DNA of 63,631 nucleotides, filler included, from Octopus bimaculoides (Eukaryota): the NCBI RefSeq assembly GCF_001194135.2. It is 6 parts of 5 records of this genome, joined end to end, with 100 filler letters (N's around TTAATTAATTAA, not from the genome) between each part and the next. Parts side by side here need not be neighbours in the genome. Positions count along the whole stretch, not along the records: positions 62,487 to 63,631 come from NC_069001.1; 5 more parts are not named here. One strand, written 5' to 3'. Below the pieces are notes generated by a model. It worked only from the letters and a program-made list of their open reading frames with translations. It made no database searches and was not told where the DNA came from. The translations under genes were made by a program, and so were the position numbers. Positions 62,487 to 63,631 of the stretch are shown one piece after another (within the stretch, counting starts at the first letter, position 1; the number at the start of each line of letters is the position of its first letter).

Positions 62487-62774
62487 TATACATACATACA
62501 TATATATATGTATATATATGTATATGCATGGGATGTTTGTATATAAAATCGAAACCACAATCTTACAATCGTGAGTTCAATGCCCTAAACACATATCTAC
62601 GCGCCTCCAGACATACATACGTACATACGTACATACATGCATGCATACATACATACATACATACATACATNNNNNNNNNNNNNNNNNNNNNNNNNNNNNN
62701 NNNNNNNNNNNNNNNNNNNNNNNNNNNNNNNNNNNNNNNNNNNNNNNNNNNNNNNNNNNNNNNNNNNNNNTATT

Positions 62775-62990
62775 GAGGAGGCCAAAAGTCAACAATGTGT
62801 TGAAGTATTGAATCAAAAGGCTCTAACTCTTTTAATCCAATCTCTTGTCGCCACATAAACTTCCAAATATTATGAGTCTCAACATGGATGCTGCTATAGA
62901 GGTGTCTTCGTTGTCTCTGGAACTGGCTGTGTCTTGTGGTCAGTGGTCTGAAACCAAAAGACTTCGAAACGAGAAGGTGTGTTTTTATAA
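62775..62990 (-). mobile_element. possible PLE GIY-YIG C-terminal relic
   Basis: SIAASMLRLIIFGSLCGDKRLD*KS*SLLIQYFNTL..GLLN resembles the ..ESLLI..FNTL.P.GLN end of PLE ORFs. Confidence 0.4.
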
Positions 62991-63221
62991 GGAGTAATAG
63001 GTTAAAACAGGGTAGTGAGCAGAGTGTCCCACGTTATCTTAGTTATACGCGGTAGTTGGCACAATCGAGTAAGAGACAAATTACACCAATACCAACCAAT
63101 CAGAGTAGTGGACACAACAGTATCCAAATAGCGACCAAAGTCTAGCTGTTCCCTACTACGTTCGAATGCACGTATATATAATGGAAGGAGAGAGGAATTT
63201 CACCAGAGGTTACGCTACATT

Positions 63222-63631
63222 ATGAATCTTTTATGTCTAGGTGAAATTTGCAAAGATGAAACATCCAGTGTTACTTTTCTTCAAGAAAAATGAATTCTTC
63301 ACCAAGAAAGAAAACGCAACAACGGTCATTTTATGAATTTCTCAGTTGGAAGTCAAAATAGATTGCGGTGTAGAATTCGTGGATGTAGACAAGAACGAGG
63401 AGTAAGAAGAGAAAATTGGTTTGCTAGTTCACGTTTATCTTTTCGTAAATAAGCACTTCTCATATACTGCTGGGCACATTACATGCCAAATATCAAATTT
63501 TGTGAACGTGAGCTTGAAATGAAAGCCAATTGCGTTGTTGACTGGAATAACTATTTGAAAGAAGTTTGTGCTGCACACATTTTGGCTAACCCAAGAGTGA
63601 TTGGAGGACCCAACATGACTGTTGAAATTGA
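63222..63631 (+). mobile_element. Merlin (IS1595/ISXO2-like) transposase pseudogene, cut by the window end
   Basis: MNLLCLGEICKDETSSVTFLQEK*ILH...LRCRIRGCRQERGVRRENWF...VVDWNNYLKEVCAAHILANPRVIGGPNMTVEID, with two in-frame stops. VDW.N..REVC and IGG....VEID are Merlin hallmarks. Confidence 0.88.

Overview
AT-rich, microsatellite- and transposon-dense animal genomic DNA. The SINE/LINE repertoire suggests a cephalopod, probably Octopus (inference). The window is not contiguous: five artificial 100-bp joins (44 N + TTAATTAATTAA + 44 N) split it into six pieces. One host gene is solidly identified: the last six coding exons of the giant E3 ligase UBR4/p600 on the minus strand (16012..10137, 257 aa, consistent GT-AG phases), cut off upstream at the first join. 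Most of the rest is decayed mobile DNA: tRNA-derived SINEs (3 families), RTE tails, R4/Dong-like LINEs in (TAA)n, CRE-like and Penelope-like fragments, a Gypsy integrase relic, Tc1 and mariner relics, Merlin, hAT and TTAA MITEs, and a Helitron. I found no CRISPR array, no rRNA or tRNA gene, and no intact transposase. The best unexplained signals are: (i) two paralogous 86-nt exon-like segments with conserved splice sites at 34.1 and 45.6 kb, from an unidentified, probably extracellular gene family; (ii) a hammerhead-ribozyme-like motif duplicated as an inverted repeat at 6.2-6.4 kb; (iii) a MITE carrying a perfect telomeric palindrome; (iv) a mariner built from two left ends; and (v) a cluster of (TAA)n-targeted elements. 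I cannot support a claim of a wholly new biological system from sequence alone.
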